DNA of 64,000 bases from an uncultured Prochlorococcus sp. GTDB taxonomy: Bacteria > Cyanobacteriota > Cyanobacteriia > PCC-6307 > Cyanobiaceae. The translations under genes and the position numbers were made by a program. The stretch lies in NCBI GenBank assembly GCA_902627325.1, contig CACOIM010000002.1:5078-69077 (forward strand), in the 5' to 3' direction. Shown here piece by piece: positions 63,417 to 64,000 of the stretch. Under the pieces are notes generated by a model. That model saw nothing but the letters and a program-made list of their open reading frames with translations. It searched no databases and was not told where the DNA came from. Position 1 is the first letter of the stretch. Each line of letters starts with the position of its first letter.

Positions 63417-64000
63417 ATGAATATAGTCCACAATGAAACTAAAATTTCTGATGAACTTAAAAGAATCGCAGATAGGATAAATTTAGACAATAATGAAGAA
63501 ATTAATACGACTGTAAAAAAAATACTTGAAGATGTAAAAAATGAAGGGGATGAAGCTTTAAAAAAATATACTTTAAAATTTGATGGATTTAATCCAGATC
63601 CTCTCTATGTTTCCAAAAAAGAAATTGAAAACGCTTGGGATAAAACTACTAAGCCTTTACAGGAAGCTTTAAAAAATGCAAAACGCAGGATTGAAAAATT
63701 TCATGAGAAAGAGATTCCTGAATCCTTCTCAATAAAAGGAATATTTGGAGAGCATGTCCAGCGAAAATGGCTCCCTGTTCAAAGAGCTGGATTATATGTT
63801 CCAGGTGGGAGGGCTTCATATCCTAGCACAGTTCTCATGAATGCAATCCCTGCGAAAGTCGCTGGAGTGAAAGAGATCATAATGGTTTCACCTGCTAATG
63901 CAGAGGGCGAAATGAATAAAACCGTGTTAGCGGCTGCTCACATATGTGGAATAGAGAAGATTTTCAAGATTGGCGGGGCGCAAGCAATAGCTGCTTTAGC
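63417..64000 (+). CDS. hisD: histidinol dehydrogenase (3' truncated by window edge)
   Basis: Hand translation from ATG 63417 gives EGDEALKKYT..FD, AGLYVPGGRASYPSTVLMNAIPAKVAGV and KIGGAQAIAAL. Confidence 0.96.
   Translation, partial: MNIVHNETKISDELKRIADRINLDNNEEINTTVKKILEDVKNEGDEALKKYTLKFDGFNPDPLYVSKKEIENAWDKTTKPLQEALKNAKRRIEKFHEKEIPESFSIKGIFGEHVQRKWLPVQRAGLYVPGGRASYPSTVLMNAIPAKVAGVKEIIMVSPANAEGEMNKTVLAAAHICGIEKIFKIGGAQAIAAL

Overview
AT-rich (roughly 30% GC by eye) chromosomal segment of a marine picocyanobacterium, most likely a streamlined high-light Prochlorococcus (gene order, hli gene, split rpoC1/rpoC2, bioK-type biotin cluster). Bases ~1-7,000 look like the tail of a genomic island. 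They are very AT-rich and hold a stand-alone LptF/LptG permease, a DedA/VTT membrane protein, several hypotheticals and at least seven small ORFs (28-53 aa) missing from the supplied ORF track. From ~7,100 to 64,000 the window is core genome: EVE, DUF2811, DUF1818, rpoZ, Hsp70-like, gpmI, secG, groESL, atpDC, PSRP-3, pepP, nadDE, the main atp operon with the ATPC RNA motif, ftsW, ccdA-ccs1, queF, glnB, tlyA, purB, fumC, a Ski2-like helicase, bioF-K-C-D-A, rsmG, a ferredoxin, rlmN, hli, rpoB-C1-C2, tatD, rpsT and partial hisD. I saw no rRNA, tRNA, CRISPR array, integrase or transposase. No complete novel multi-gene system is demonstrable. The best leads are: (i) apparent gene losses in the core (the ferredoxin after the atp operon, pyrR, DUF3143), possibly indicating a low-iron lineage; (ii) an orphan LptF/G within an envelope-themed island cluster; (iii) a perfect K-box but no CIRCE at groESL, plus a related motif before an unannotated small ORF; (iv) a DnaA-box cluster away from oriC; and (v) Yfr1-like motifs at the island border. 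Comparisons to reference gene order are from memory and need checking.
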